DNA from: Phyllobates terribilis
Taxonomy: Eukaryota
Length of the DNA stretch: 64,000 nt
Direction of reading: 5' to 3'
NCBI RefSeq assembly: GCF_046119375.1
Contig: NW_027362761.1
Span: 321,842,001 to 321,906,000, forward strand
Positions 14,446 to 27,917 of the stretch are shown in pieces. How positions within the stretch are numbered: the stretch's first letter is position 1; each line of letters opens with the position of its first letter. Under the pieces are notes generated by a model. That model did no database searches, was not told the DNA's origin, and saw only the letters and a list, made by a program, of their open reading frames with translations. Position numbers and translations under genes: made by a program.

Positions 14446-15072
14446 GGCTGGATTCACGTATCAGTGGAATCACAGTAAAGGATCTATATAGTTACGGTAC
14501 CAACCAATCTAACAATTCACAGAGCTCGTACCTCTTCAAGACAAATTCTAAAATATAACTTTTAATATCTGTATTGAATTATTGACAGCCATAAAATAAC
14601 AAACCACATCATCAGTGCACAATGAGAGGAGGGGATAGTGCCTCACCTTATTTAGGCCCTATCTCACCCTACCTTTCCGCGGAGGTTGGCACTCTATTTT
14701 CCTGCGCAATGGCGCCCCCGCTCAACGATGACTCTCCCTGGGATCCCTATAACACCCTATATTGACAGCCAATGGGGTACAGGGATTCTTAGTGGAGAAC
14801 ACACAGTTTCTTGTGACAAAAAGAAAATGCAAAAAAATGCTCAAAAAGTTTTTATATATCTGTAGCCCTGATCAGTACAATTTGACCACAGATACAAAAG
14901 GTGCATGAATATAATCAAAGCGCATAACATGGATCAATTTTTAAAATCTTTTTGTTTGCTTGAAATCATGCCACATAGAAAGATAAATCTTAAAATGCAC
15001 TACTAAATTTCCATGACATGGATAGAGGATCCATTTCAAGATAATACTCAATGCCCAATCAGCTTATATATA

Positions 15073-15512
15073 CAGTACAGACCAAAAGTTTGGACACACC
15101 TTCTCATTTAAAGATTTTTCTGTATTTTCATGACTTTGAAAATTGTACATTCACACTGAAGGCATCAAAACTATGAATTAACACATGTGGAATTATATAC
15201 TTAACAAAAAAGTGTGAAACATCTGAAAATATGTCTTATATTCTAGGTTCTTCAAAGTAGCCACCTTTTGCTTTGATGACTGCTTTGCACACTCTTGGCA
15301 TTCTCTTGATGAGCTTCAAGAGGTAGTCACCGGAAATGGTTTTCACATCACAGGTGTGCCCTGTCAGGTTTAATAAGTGGGATTTCTTGCCTTATAAATG
15401 GGGTTGGGACCATCAGTTGTGTTGTGCAGAAGTCAGGTGGATACACAGCTGATAGTCCTACTGAATAGACTGTTAGAATTTGTATTAAGGCAGGAAAAAA
15501 GCAGCTAAGTAA
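15073..15512 (+). mobile_element. 5' fragment of the DD38E Tc1-like family (left TIR plus transposase start)
   Basis: ta|cagtacagaccaaaagtttggacac, near-identical to 58299-58560 and 59222-59480; start codon mutated (aag gca gga aaa aag cag cta agt); truncated against a MITE half at 15512-15742. Confidence 0.85.
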
Positions 15513-18085
15513 AAAATCCGCAGCGGATTTTACTTGCGGAAAAATCCGCAGCATGTCCATTATTTGTGTGTTTCTACATGCGGATTTGAGGTCCCAATGC
15601 ATTTGAAAAAAGCAAGTCAAATCCGCATGTAAAAACGCTGCAAAAACGCGTGTAAAATCCGCAAGGGTTTTTACTGCCAAGAACATGCAGAAACGCTGCA
15701 GAAATTTTCTGCTTCATTTCTGCATCGTGGGCACATACCCTTACATCACCTTAGAAATCGGAAGATCAGCATACGCTAGCTGTTTGATAGGAGTCATGTA
15801 TTTAAATCACCCTGTTTTACTGCTGCCTTTACCCCACCAATCTCTACTCCTTGAAATCCCCTACCACTTCATCAGTTCTTAATGCAGGACCAGCTGGCTT
15901 CACTACCACGTCTTTAGTGGTTCCACTTTTTCCTGTAACTCTTCTTCTAGCTCCAACTCACAATTCTCCTGTCTAATATAGACACCTAGTGCCATCCAAC
16001 AATTGTTCTCCGCAATCAGCTGCTTCTCTCTAGGTAGCAGAACTCACTGTACCATAGCATTTACAGCATCAGGAGCCGGTCAGATACAACTGTGACAATT
16101 TAAAAGTCTTCTCTCAAATCAATAAGTTGTGCAACTCCCAAATTCCACCTGCTTTTCCCATCCTTCTTCTGACCCTCAATAGGTAGAGATGGCTGTAAAG
16201 TTGTCCATTCACAAAAGACAGTTACTGACCAATAAATATCTTCCTGACCCTACAAATATAAGTATGGAGGTTTACTGATCAGGCTGAAGGGTATAAACGT
16301 CTGCTATATATCTTTAGCAAGGGAATGAAGAATTAGATAAATTACACTACCTTGAACCTTCTTCACCTATCAAGGATGATGGCAGACAAATGGGGCCAAT
16401 GGGGTGACCACACACATTACAAATAAACAGCTACACACAACTTGAATTGTATGATGTAATCTCAGCCAAACTGCATGGTTTTTTATTTATTTTTTTAACA
16501 CAAAAGGTACACTCCTGATGCCGCTTTCCAGAGCGGCATTTTTTAGAAATCTATTTACTTGAATCCATTGTCCGACACCATAAGAAGTCCATCTAGTCTG
16601 CAGATTGTAGAACAAATGTAAAATACCAGTGACTTGTAGCAACACATGCGAAGCATTGAAGCTATTATACTAAATGGTAAAAAGAAAGCCTGAAAATCAT
16701 AGCTGTGTTTACTAAGTATAGATCTCCTGTCAATTATTGTTTGTCATGGTGTACACTATGAATCTCTGTTTAAGTGGATCCCAAAGGAAAAGGCTTCATG
16801 GCGCTTCAACACATTCAGCATCAGCAGTATACACTACACATAGCATAAAGGAAACTCATTAAAGTGAGTTTTTGATACATAGGACATTATAAAAGAGGTA
16901 AGAAAACTCAGGAGTGCTTTGTTGCGAAAGGTTGTATTTCAATGAATCACAGTGGCAACATCCCTGCTACAGCGGCAATATAAGGTTTCCATGAGCAATA
17001 GCACACAGACGATTAAATATAGCATGGGGAGTCTTTCTGCCGCTATAGGTCATGTTTTTCTTCATTTCTTCATTATTCGCTAGCGTCTTTTGAAAAGCTT
17101 TCTGAGATCACAGTGAAAACTGCTAACCAAATGTGGCAATGTGAATGTCAGCCCACGTAGAGGATGAAATAAGCCTTCGAGTGAGTCGATTTTGTAGATG
17201 TGCAGCAGTTTTACTGACATGTGACTTCTGTGGTTAACCTCACGAGATACTATCAGTCAATTCCAGTAAAGAAAAATCAGGTGAGAGATTTCCAAGAGAC
17301 GTGCGTGACAACAACAACTTTTCACACTATCTTCTGTGGACATACAGAGGCTACCATATCACTTGATTTCCCACTAATTCTAAAAGTACAAAAACAACCA
17401 CGATAACAAGCTAGGCTTTCAGAATAACTGTTCAAACAGCATATTTTGGTTTTCCTATGTCTGCTGATGTCCATTCGCTCATCCACATTATGGCGTATAT
17501 GGCTTTAAATACGACACATAATATGCTAATTAGTCCTGGGAGGGCCTGACTCCCCATGGCAAACAATGAATGAATGAACAGGCTTCTCTGTACCTAGACC
17601 AACACAAGGAGGGTTGTCAATTTAATAAAGGTTGTCAGAGCTGGATTTGGGGCTAGATGCAGGTAGTTTAGCATACTTTATGTGATGTTTGTAATTATAA
17701 TTCAACTCTTAGACAAAGGCTAAATCATCTAAAGCATGGAGGGGGAAGCTATCCGGGGGATCGGACTAATCAGGTCTCTCCCTATAGTCTTAAGCCAGAG
17801 TTTCAAAGCTTGTTTCTCGGAAATGAAGAAACATTTAAGAGTTGGGGCTCATTCACACATCAGTTTTTCACGTATGGATAGCACTCGTACGTATGACAGT
17901 CAATGGGTCTGTTCACGAGTCAGATTTTTTCCCTCGGAGCGAGTGGTCCATGCAAAATATAGCAGAGACATGTCAGATATTAATCCAAGTGTCTAACCAA
18001 AATCGGCAATGCAACTCTCTGGGTAAGTGTAAAAAATATGACAGCTAGAGGATGCCATCCATAGGTTGTCCTTTTTTCACTGATA

Positions 18086-18933
18086 AGGCTGTGTGCCCAC
18101 GATGCGGATTTAATGCGTTTCCGCGGCGGAAACAAATTAAAATCGCTTGCTAAGATGTCTGCCATGTTCCCCAATGATAATCCGCATGTGCTATGCACAT
18201 GCTGCGGAAATTTAAGCTGCGGACTATCATTGCGGAAAAATCTGCAGCACAACAAATTGGGCGTGATTTTATGCGGTTCAATACGCGGATGGTACCTGGG
18301 TCTGGAGAAGAGGAGACTCTCATCCGACCCAGGTAGCATCGTACCTGCAAGTTAAAAAAGAATTATAAAGTAAAAAATCAAAAAAAATTATTCATACTCA
18401 CCTCTCCGGCGGCCCCCGGTCTCCTCCCGGCGATGATCCTCTCTCTTCGATGTCCCGCGGTGTACTGGCAGGACCTGCGGTGACGTCATTTAATCAGCTG
18501 ATGGTCACGGGACCATCACCTGACCATGAGCTGATTAAATGACATCACCGCAGGTCCTGCCAGTACAACACAGGCCGCAGAGGAGACAGGATCGCCGGCG
18601 GGAGGAGACCGGGGGCCGCCGGAGAGGTGAGTACAAGGTTTTTTTTTTTTCTTTTTAATTCTTTATTTTTTTAAGTATAGATGCACCATTTGAAAGCAGA
18701 ACTCTCCTAATAAGTTGGTCACATAATATAAATCCATGCCAGTTGCATGGATTTATATTGTGTGACCAACTTACATTGTCAAGCTCTTTTCCAAATGCAT
18801 GAGTGATGCTCAAAATCGCTTGGAAAACGCATGCATAAACGCATGTAAAATCCACATGCGTTTTTTCTGCCAGGGAGAGGAAAAAACACTCAGTAAATTT
18901 CTGCTTCAAATCTGCATCGTGGGCACATACCCT
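18086..18933. mobile_element. ~850-bp palindromic MITE, family X copy 1, nested in an older MITE (about 17843-19088)
   Basis: TIR aggctgtgtgcccacgatgc / gcatcgtgggcacataccct; colinear with copies at 27918 and 38173. Confidence 0.85.
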
Positions 18934-19229
18934 AAGAGAAGGTGGAGAAACTTTTTTTTTTCCTCATCAGTGGAAAAAAAAAGCGATGAAACTCTGACCA
19001 AACTTCGATGAAAATCTGCTAAAAATCACTGATGAAACGTGGTCCGATTTTATTGTACATAAAAAACCTTATGTGTGAATTAACCCTAAAACATATCTGG
19101 CTGCAATGCTTAGACAGGCTGCGATTCATGCTGCCCATGAATTTAATGACAGGCTCCCTCTAATATGCTATAAAATGTTGGACCATTTGACTGCTAGAAG
19201 TGCTGAAAGAATACATCGGAGACATTTCA

Positions 19230-19635
19230 AAGAGGTTGTTCACTACTTTTACATTGATGGCCTATCCTTAGGATAGGTAATCAATGTCAGATTGGCCGGG
19301 GTCCGATAACAGCTAATCAGCAGGGGTGCAGGGTATCGGTGGCGGAGGTTGCCTGCCGAAAGTACTTACCGTACTTGAGGAGCAGGCTGTCTACTTGTAG
19401 TGTCGGGGGCTTGTTACTGCACATCTGCTTCCTATTGTACTCAAATGTGCAGTACCCGTCGGTAGCCACTATCAGTAGACGGCCAGCTCAGTAAGCAAGT
19501 ACTTCCTGCCGGTGGCCACCGCCAATTAGGACAGCTAATCAGCGAGAGTGCCGGGTGTTGGACCCCAGCCAATCAGACGTTGATTACCTATCCTAAGGAT
19601 AGGCCATCAATGTAAAAGTAGTGGACAACTTGTTT
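19230..19635. mobile_element. T2-type MITE with long TIRs
   Basis: gaggttgttcactacttttacattgatggcctatccttaggatagg mirrored at the right end; same family at 22831-23239. Confidence 0.85.
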
Positions 19636-20890
19636 AAGGGTGTGGATTTTACATGAGGAGATCTCTTCGTCTCGTCTTCCTGCAGTGACTGTTAGGCTGG
19701 TTTGTATATGTGCATATAGAAACTTGTCAGTCACCACCCTTAGGGACATGGAGAGGCAAGGGGAGCGCTATCATCATCATGAATACACTAGACTCAGAAA
19801 AGAGGCGTCCAGTGTATCCTTTCAACACTCCAAGAAGCCGAACAGCACAACTTTTACTTCTTTTGCCACATTTAGTGTTCACCTTTCAGTTACTATGCCA
19901 AGCAGCCACGTTATTTTACCCACATTCAAAGAGTAAGTCCATTCTTTCATTCCTTAGTTTACTTAAGTGCTTCCAGAACAGGGAGACACAGAGAGCCAAT
20001 ACTAATGAGTAAGATGTACTGCACCCTCCTTAATGAGACCAGTAAATTACAATGCTACCTAAGCAATGGTGGTCAATGTACTCTAGAATAGATTCTAACA
20101 AAAAAAAACCATTGTGCTTGATTTTACTTAGAAGAAAAAAAGACGACTGGAATAGAAAAATAAATGTCAAAAGTGTTGAGATTTTGACCAGTAGCTACAT
20201 AGAAAATCAACCTATCTAAGCACGGACATGAAGCAAGGAAACTTGAGGTCATAAAGAATTATATGCTACTCAATAAATTCATCCAAACAGAAGCTTGAAG
20301 ATTTTGCAGGCAAAGGAGATGTATGGTACTCTTCTCCCCCTAGTCATATTACGGTTTCAGCTGTAATACTGCAGACACGTTAACTTAATGAAGCCAGTGG
20401 TGTGAATAATGAAACTGTGATGAACAGAGAAATGGAATGCTTCTTTCGTTCCTTGTGAAAGCACACAGGAAATGTTGGCAAGTTAAACTATGAAGTGACA
20501 ACCCATATACCTTAGTATAGTGAGGAAAACTGACATCTGTTTCATAAAAAAAAAAAATCTTAATAGGACAGTGGATTTATGCTCTGATAGGTCATTGTTT
20601 AAAGATGGAGGCTGCAGATAGTGGGTTAAAACCCCATCATACACAAGCTCTACTCTCCACATTTTACAGAATATATATATTGATCACGACAGCAGCAAGG
20701 TAGGATATTTTATACTTCTATGTGGGAGCTGGTAATAAGCTGCCTTCCTTTACATAAAGTTTGCATTATGCAGTCCTGTGTACATCCCATTTAGGCCTCC
20801 TTCAGACGTCCGAGTTGAATGTACGCATTCTGTGTGTGTTTTTCACGGATACAACACGTACTCATTATAATCTATGAAGCTGTTCACATA

Positions 20891-22455
20891 CAGTGGGGAA
20901 AATAAATATCTGTTGCATTGCCAATTTTGCAAGTTTTGCCACCTAGAAAGAATGGAGAGGTCTGTAATTTTTATCGTACAGGTACACTTCACCTGTGAGA
21001 GACAGAATCTAAAGATAAAAAAACAGAAAATCACATTGTATGATTTTTAAATAATTAAATTTCATTTTATTGCATGAAATAAGTATTTGATCACCTACTA
21101 ACCAACAAGAATTCTGGCTCTCACAGATCTGTTAGTTTTTCTTTAAGAAGCCCTTCCACTCTGCACGTATTCCCTGCATTAATTGCACCTGTCCAAACAA
21201 TCAATCACACTCCAACCTCTCCACCGTGCTAAGACCAAAGAGCTATCTAAGGACACCAGGGACAAAATTGTAGACCTGTACAAGGCTGGGATGGGCTACA
21301 GGACAATAGGCAAGCAGCTTGTTGAGAAGGCAACAACTGTTGGCGCAATTATTAGAAAATAGAAGAAACACAAGAGGACTGTCAAATCTTCCTCAGTGTG
21401 GGGCTCCATGCAAGATCTCACCTCGTGGGGTAAAGATGATCCTGAGAAAGGTCAGGAATCAGCCCAGAACTACATGGGAGGACCTGGTCAATGACCTGAA
21501 GAGAGCTGAGAGCACAGTGTCAAACATTACTGTTAGTAAAACACTAGGCCGTCATGTATTAAAATCCTGCAGGGCACGCAAGGTCCCCCTGCTCACGTCA
21601 GCACATGTTCCAGGCCTGTTTGAAGTTCACCAATGACCATCTGGATGATCAAGAGGAGGCATGGGAGAAGGACATTTGGTCAGATGAGACCAAAATTGAA
21701 CTTTTTGGCATCAACTCCACTCGCCATGTTTGGAGGAAGAAGAAGGATGAGTACAACCCCAAGAACATCGTCCTAACCGTGAAGAATGGTGAGGGAAACA
21801 TCATACTTTGGGGGAGCTTTTCTGCAAAGAGGACAGGACGACTGCACCGTATTTAAGGGATGATGTATGGGGTCATGTATTGCAAAATTTTGGCCAACAA
21901 CCTCCTTCTCTCAGTAAGAACATTGAAGATGGGTCGTGGCTGGGTCTTCCAGCATGACAATGACCTGAAACACACAGCCAGGACAACTAAGGAGTGGCTC
22001 CATAAGAAGCATTTCAAGGTCCTGGAGTGGCCTAACCAGTCTCCAAACCTGAACCCAATAGAAAATCTTTGGAGGGAGCAAAAATTTAATGTTGCCCAGT
22101 GACAGCCCGGAACCTGAAAGATCTGGAGAAGATCTGTATGGAGAAGTGGGTCAAAATGCCTTGTGTGCAAACTTGGTCAAGAACTACAGGAAACGTCTGA
22201 CTTCTGTAATTGCAAACAAAGGTTTCGGTACCAAATACTAAGTTCTGTTTTTCTATTGTATCAAATACTTATTTCATGCAATACAATACAAATTAATTAT
22301 GTAAAAATCATACAATGAGATTTTCTGGATTTTTTTTAAGAATCTGTCTCTCACAGTTGAAGTGTACCTACGACAAAAATTACAGACCTCTCCATTTTTG
22401 TAGGTGGGAAAACTTGCAAAATCATCAGTGTATCAAATACTTATTTTCCCCAATG
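20891..22455 (+). mobile_element. Full-length decayed Tc1 (DD34E) transposon, inserted at TA into a MITE spanning 20793-22687
   Basis: ta|cagtggggaaaataa...ttattttccccaatg|ta with ~200-bp IR/DR TIRs. Transposase remnants 21226-22240 include WSDETK and FQHDND-34 aa-IE; multiple frameshifts and stops. Confidence 0.95.
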
Positions 22456-22830
22456 TAAGCATGTTTTTTTTCACAGAGCAAAAATCACAGAGACATGTCC
22501 ATTTTTTCCGGCAGCATGGATGCCATCTATGTGCTGTCAGTGTTTTACATTGCAAAGGATAGAAGAAGCTTTGCAATCCATTTATTTATTCATACATTAA
22601 AAACACTGATGACACACTGACCAAACACCGACGACACTGGCACCATTTTTTGCGTATGTGAAAAACACCAACGTCTGACTGAGGCCTTAGCCTGAATCAC
22701 TTTTCATCATGGCACTAAGCACTTGTGTTAACCTGAATTTATTTTTCTTACTAATAACAAAAATAATCTGTAAATCGAGAAACCAAATACACCAAACAAT
22801 CTTCATTGTTTAGGAACAAGCTAAAGTTAA

Positions 22831-23239
22831 CGAGGTTGTCCACTACTTTTACAGTGATAGCCTATCTTTAGGATAGGGCAACAATGTCTGATCGGCCGGG
22901 GTCTAACACCCGGCACCCCCGCTCATCAGCTGTTATCTCTGTCAGCGGCAGTTGCCACCGGGTGCAAGTACTCACTTGCCAAGCTGCTTTGTCTTCTTGT
23001 AGTGGCTGCCGCAGGGTTCTACATATCCGCCTCCTGCTCAAATCAATAGGAGGAGAATGTGCAGTATCCTGCAGCAGCCAATACTAGACTGAGCAGCTCG
23101 GCAAGTGAGTACATCCGGCCGGAGCCACCGACAACAGCTGATTGGCGGGGGGGGTGCCAGGTGTCGAAGCCCGGCCGATCAGACATTGATAACCTATCTC
23201 AAGGATAGGCCATCAATGTAAAAGTAGTGGACGACATCT
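22831..23239. mobile_element. T2-type MITE (same family as 19230-19635)
   Basis: ttaa on both sides; TIR gaggttgtccactacttttac / gtaaaagtagtggacgacatc. Confidence 0.85.
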
Positions 23240-25235
23240 TTAAGTAACTCCAGGAACCAGTTTCATGTTTCTTCCATAGTAATAGACAAATAAGTTGGTT
23301 GATCAGATCTGCCCAATCTTAGTGACAATGCAAGAGAGATCTCCTACTTCTTACAGATGATTTTCATATACTTGCCACCCCTTATTAGCTACAGAGTAAA
23401 ATGGCTGTCTACACTCAAACAAATGTTTTTCCTTCTTTCCTTTCTCCTGTAACATCAAAACAATATTAGACTATTTAAATGGTCTAAAAGATGCAGCCGT
23501 GATGCTGGGAATCCACTTGTCTGAGGTAATGATGCCTAGAGCTCTGTAATGTCACCCTGCAGGAACTGCGAGCAGAGACATGGGGGCGCAGAGACATGGG
23601 GGGAGCAGCCACTGGTCTGTAGATCAGATTTTGCAGAGGGAAGGCACGTTGACAAATATTCTGTTTGCTGAAGGATGCAGCTGAACACCAGAATTTTATA
23701 GTAACCATGATGGATTTCCAACACATAAAAAGCTCCCACTGCTCTACATCAGTACGTGAATTCATCAGTGTTATAGAGACTGCCAAAACAGGAAAAGCAG
23801 AGACCAGCACCTTTCAGCTAAGGCTTTGGCAGACAGTATGCACATTATAGATGAGAACATAAAATGTAACGCAGAAATAATAATGTGCTGGAAGAGCTGA
23901 ACGTTAGTTTTAAAATTATTACAATTTGCTAAAATCAGTCACACACGTCACCCCTGTGAACTCTGATAACAAATCACAGCACAAGAACTACTACAGGCAG
24001 CTTGTGGTACTGCAGCATCATCTGCTTTACCCAATGTGAAGCAACAATCACAGAAAGGTGATGGCATGGATACAGCTCACGAGAGCTAAATTGCCAGATA
24101 GACACCAAGGAAAAGAGAGCCATAGTTCCCATTTTATATTGTTGGATTTTAATCACCAATGCTAACTAATTAATGTAGCACTCCAAGTCGAATGTCACCA
24201 TGTCAGTCACCTGAACTTCCTGTATGATTAAATTATATTGACTGTACCACAAGATAGGAAAACATTTTTTATTACATATACTGATGATGATTATACAGCT
24301 CCAGTCAGGCAGTTACAATGTAGAAGATGACAGTAAAGCCTTCTGACAATTTTCTTATAATCTATTCGTTTACTTAGCGGTATAAAGAAAAGAGGGTAAC
24401 CATGGTGTTACCACAGAAGTAAGAGATGGTTTTAGCCCTATATGCCCATGTGTTGCTATGCTTATGCCTCATTGGATTGAGAGCAGAGAATACAGAAATA
24501 AAATGCAGCAAGAGATCTTTCTTTTATCAAGATGATGTCTGAAGGAAAGAAAACTGGAGTCTGAACTGCAGGTAACTAATACAGTATTTATAAAAAGAAG
24601 TGCATAGACAATAAGGTTGGGGTGCAGGGATGGGAAAAAATGGAGTACTTCTATAAATATTGAGACACATCAAATAAACCCTTAATGTTTTTTCCTCTCC
24701 TCATTCCCAGAGTAATAATGGTTTTATTTTTTTGTCAACATATCCATATGAGGAGGACTATGCAGTTACAGAGGCCTTCTGCGGGCCTTGGTAGCCATGG
24801 TAACCCTTAGGGGTGGGGAGGGTGATGGCGGCTGAGTCACGTGTTCTCAATGACTGTAAGTCAATGCTATATCAATATCTGATGCTGAGGGCATTACCAA
24901 TGGGGTTGGGATAAGCCAACGGCACACCAGAGGCAAAACTTGTAAATGAATGAAAGAAGGTTGCAAAAAAATTAGGATCATCAAATATAATAATACATTC
25001 TTTACTTACAAAGCATACACAAACAGAGTCATAATTATAAAATGAGTTAAAAAGCAAAGAAGCTAAGATAGTCCTAACATGGACACATCTGGTGGACTAA
25101 CACTCCTCCTCCAATGTTAAAGTCAAGGTTAAACGCTAACCAAATAGAATGATGACCACAGTAAATAATATAATACCATGGGGCACGAAAATGTCCCTTT
25201 ATGAAAAACCTGAAAGTGCAAAATATTTACAAATA

Positions 25236-26884
25236 CTACCCCTGGCAAAAATTATGGAATCACCAGGATCGGAGGATGTTCATTCAGTTGTTTAATGTTG
25301 TTGAAAAAAAGCAGATCACAGAAAATGGCACAAAACTAAAGTAATTTCAAATGGCAACTTTATGGCTTTAAGAAACACTAAGAGAAATCAAGATTAAAAA
25401 TGTGGTACTCAGTAAAGGTAATTTTTTTCAGACCAAGCAGAGGGAAAAAAATGATGGAATCACCCTGTAAATTTTCATTTCCAAAACTAACACCTGCATC
25501 AAATTAGATCTGCTCGTTAGTCTGCATCTAAAAAGGAGTGATCACACCTTGGAGAGCTGTTGCACCAAGTGGACGGACATGAATCATGGCTCCAACACGA
25601 TAGATGTCAATTGAAACAAAGGAGAGGATTATCAAACTCTTAAAAGAAGGTAAATCATCACGCAATGTTGCAAAAGATGTTGGTTGTTCACAGTCAGCTG
25701 TGTCTAAAATCTGGACCAAACACAAACAACATGGGAAGGTTGTTAAAGGCAAACATACTGGTAGGCCAAGGAAGACATCAAAGCGTCAAGACCAGAAACT
25801 TAAAGCAATATGTCTCCAAAACAGGAAATGCACAACAAAACAAATGAGGAAAGAATGGGAGGAAACTGGAGTCAATGTCTGTGACCGAACTGTAAGAAAC
25901 CGCCTAAAGGAAATGGGATTTACACACAGAAAAGCTAAACATAAGCCATCATTAACAACTAAACAGAAAAAAAACAAGGTTACAATGGGCTAAGTAAAAG
26001 CAATCGTGGACTGTGGATGACTGGATGAAAGTCATATTCAGTGATGAATCGCAAATCTGCATTGGGCAAGGTGATTATGCTGGAACTTTTGTTTGGTGCC
26101 ATTCCAATGAGATTTACAAAGATGACTGCATGAAGAGAACATGCAAATTTCCACAGTCATTGAAGATATGGGGCAACATGTCAGGTAAAGGCACTGGGGA
26201 GATGGCTGCTATTACATCTTCAATAAATGCCCAAGTTTACATTGATATTTTGGACAGTTTTCTTATCCCATCAACTGAAAGAATGTTTGGGGATGATGAC
26301 ATAATTTTTCAAGATGATAATGTATCCTGCAATAGAGCAAAAACTGTGAAAAAGGTCAATGTCATGGCCTGCAAATAGTCCGGATCTCAATCCAATTGAA
26401 AATCTTTGGTGGAAGTTGAAGAAAATGGTCCATGACAAGGCTCCAACCTGCAAAGCTGATCTGGCAACAGCAATCAGAGAAAGTTGGAGCCAGATTGATG
26501 AAGACTAGAGTACTGTTTGTCACTCATTAAGTCCATGCCTCAGAGAATGCAAGCTGTTATTAAAGCCAGAGGTGGTGCAACAAAATACTAGTGATGTATT
26601 GGAGTGTTCTTTTGTGTGTTTGTTTTTCATGATTCCATAATTTTTTCCTCAGAATTGAGTGATTCCATAATTTTTTCCCTCTGCTTGGTCTGAAAAAAAT
26701 TACCCTTACCGAGTACCACATTTTTAATCTTGATTACTTTTAGTGTTTCTTAAAGCCCTAAAGTTGCCATTTGAAATGACTTTAGTTTTGTGCCATGTCT
26801 GTGATCTGATTTTTTTCAACAACATTAAACAACTGAATGAACATCCTCCGAGCCCAGTGATTCCATAATTTTTACCAGGGGTTG
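25236..26884 (+). mobile_element. Full-length decayed Tc1-family transposon
   Basis: ta|ctacccctggcaaaaattatggaatcac...gtgattccataatttttaccaggggttg|ta. Transposase remnant 25586-26591 (HTH MSIETKERIIKLL..., [21 protein letters not shown]) with stops, frameshift and an internal deletion. Confidence 0.95.
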
Positions 26885-27201
26885 TATGTACAAAAATAAA
26901 GTGAGTCATAAACTAGAGACTTAGGAGTCCTGTATATATGGCTGTTAGCGTCTTTTGTCCTTGTGTAGGACCTATCAACCATATATACATGACTCATGTG
27001 TCTCTAGTTTATGACTTACTTTATTATTGTACATATTTGCAAATACATGACTGTCTTGTAGCACTTGGATCTTATCTGATATTTATATACCTGAACTCAG
27101 TGCATTGCTAAGATTCTTTTGTCCTTGTGTAGGACCTTAGTAATGCACTCAGTTCAGGTATATAAGATCAGATAAGATCCAAGTGCTACAAGATGATCAT
27201 G
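26885..27201. repeat. Double long hairpin with identical loops (unclassified element; see findings)
   Basis: Arms 26885-26948/26972-27035 and 27046-27112/27136-27201; identical tcttttgtccttgtgtaggacct at 26951-26973 and 27115-27137. Confidence 0.9.
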
Positions 27202-27917
27202 CAACAGCCATGTCCAATGGACACATTAAACAAAGGGGTTAGAGATGAAAAAAGCAAACATGCTCCACAAACCTTATAATATAACTGAACAGAGAGAGGA
27301 GGCAAAATGCCCATATATCAGTAAAACCTGAATGCGAGGACAAAGTATCTGTGTGCAGTGAACTAAGGGAATGTAGTAGGAACGCACTCTCAGGCTAGTG
27401 TAGTGCATAGTGTGCTTTTTTTTACCTAACAAGGACAATGCATGAAGGTAATAGACCGGTCATTGTTATAAAAGGAAACTACAACAATTCTTTGTGATGG
27501 CCAGGGACAGATAGAGAAGAAATTGTAAGTGAATGACTACAATCGGACATTGACTTTTAGTCAATTAACTTAAGTGTTCTGTATTGTAGATTAGAACTTC
27601 CTTGATCAAGACCTTATTTCTATTCCTGGTGTATAGCTTAATGATGCCCTACAGACCAAATGTGTTGGATTGTCACCGCATCATGGTATTATTCACTTAC
27701 TGTCTCCTACATTTTCAATGCACACAATTTAGATTAGCTGAATGCCCAAAAATATGACCAGAGTGACATTTTGTAGAACAAAGGACACATTTAAATATAC
27801 ACACATATATGATATAAAGGGGAAAGGATAAAGCACATAAAGGCATCACTGGCCATTGACGGCTATCAACTTGTGTAATATGAGATAGTGGGTTTTTGGG
27901 CTGTAACTAGCAGTCTA

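Noticed and set aside
14460-14830. Possible Penelope-tail or unclassified repeat fragment
   Set aside because: Looks repeat-like, but no hammerhead, ORF or TSD could be shown.
24533-24572. Plus-strand exon-like segment (atcaag|ATGATG...CTGCAG|gtaact)
   Set aside because: Stops in all three frames and opposite to the host gene strand.
26885-27201. Dumbbell as a PacBio SMRTbell/adapter artefact, or as a hammerhead
   Set aside because: The loop does not match the SMRTbell adapter and the arms are 10-15% diverged. The minus strand (ttgatag-gtcct..aggac-aaaag) superficially resembles a hammerhead but lacks CUGANGA and GAAA, and the second loop has no core at all.
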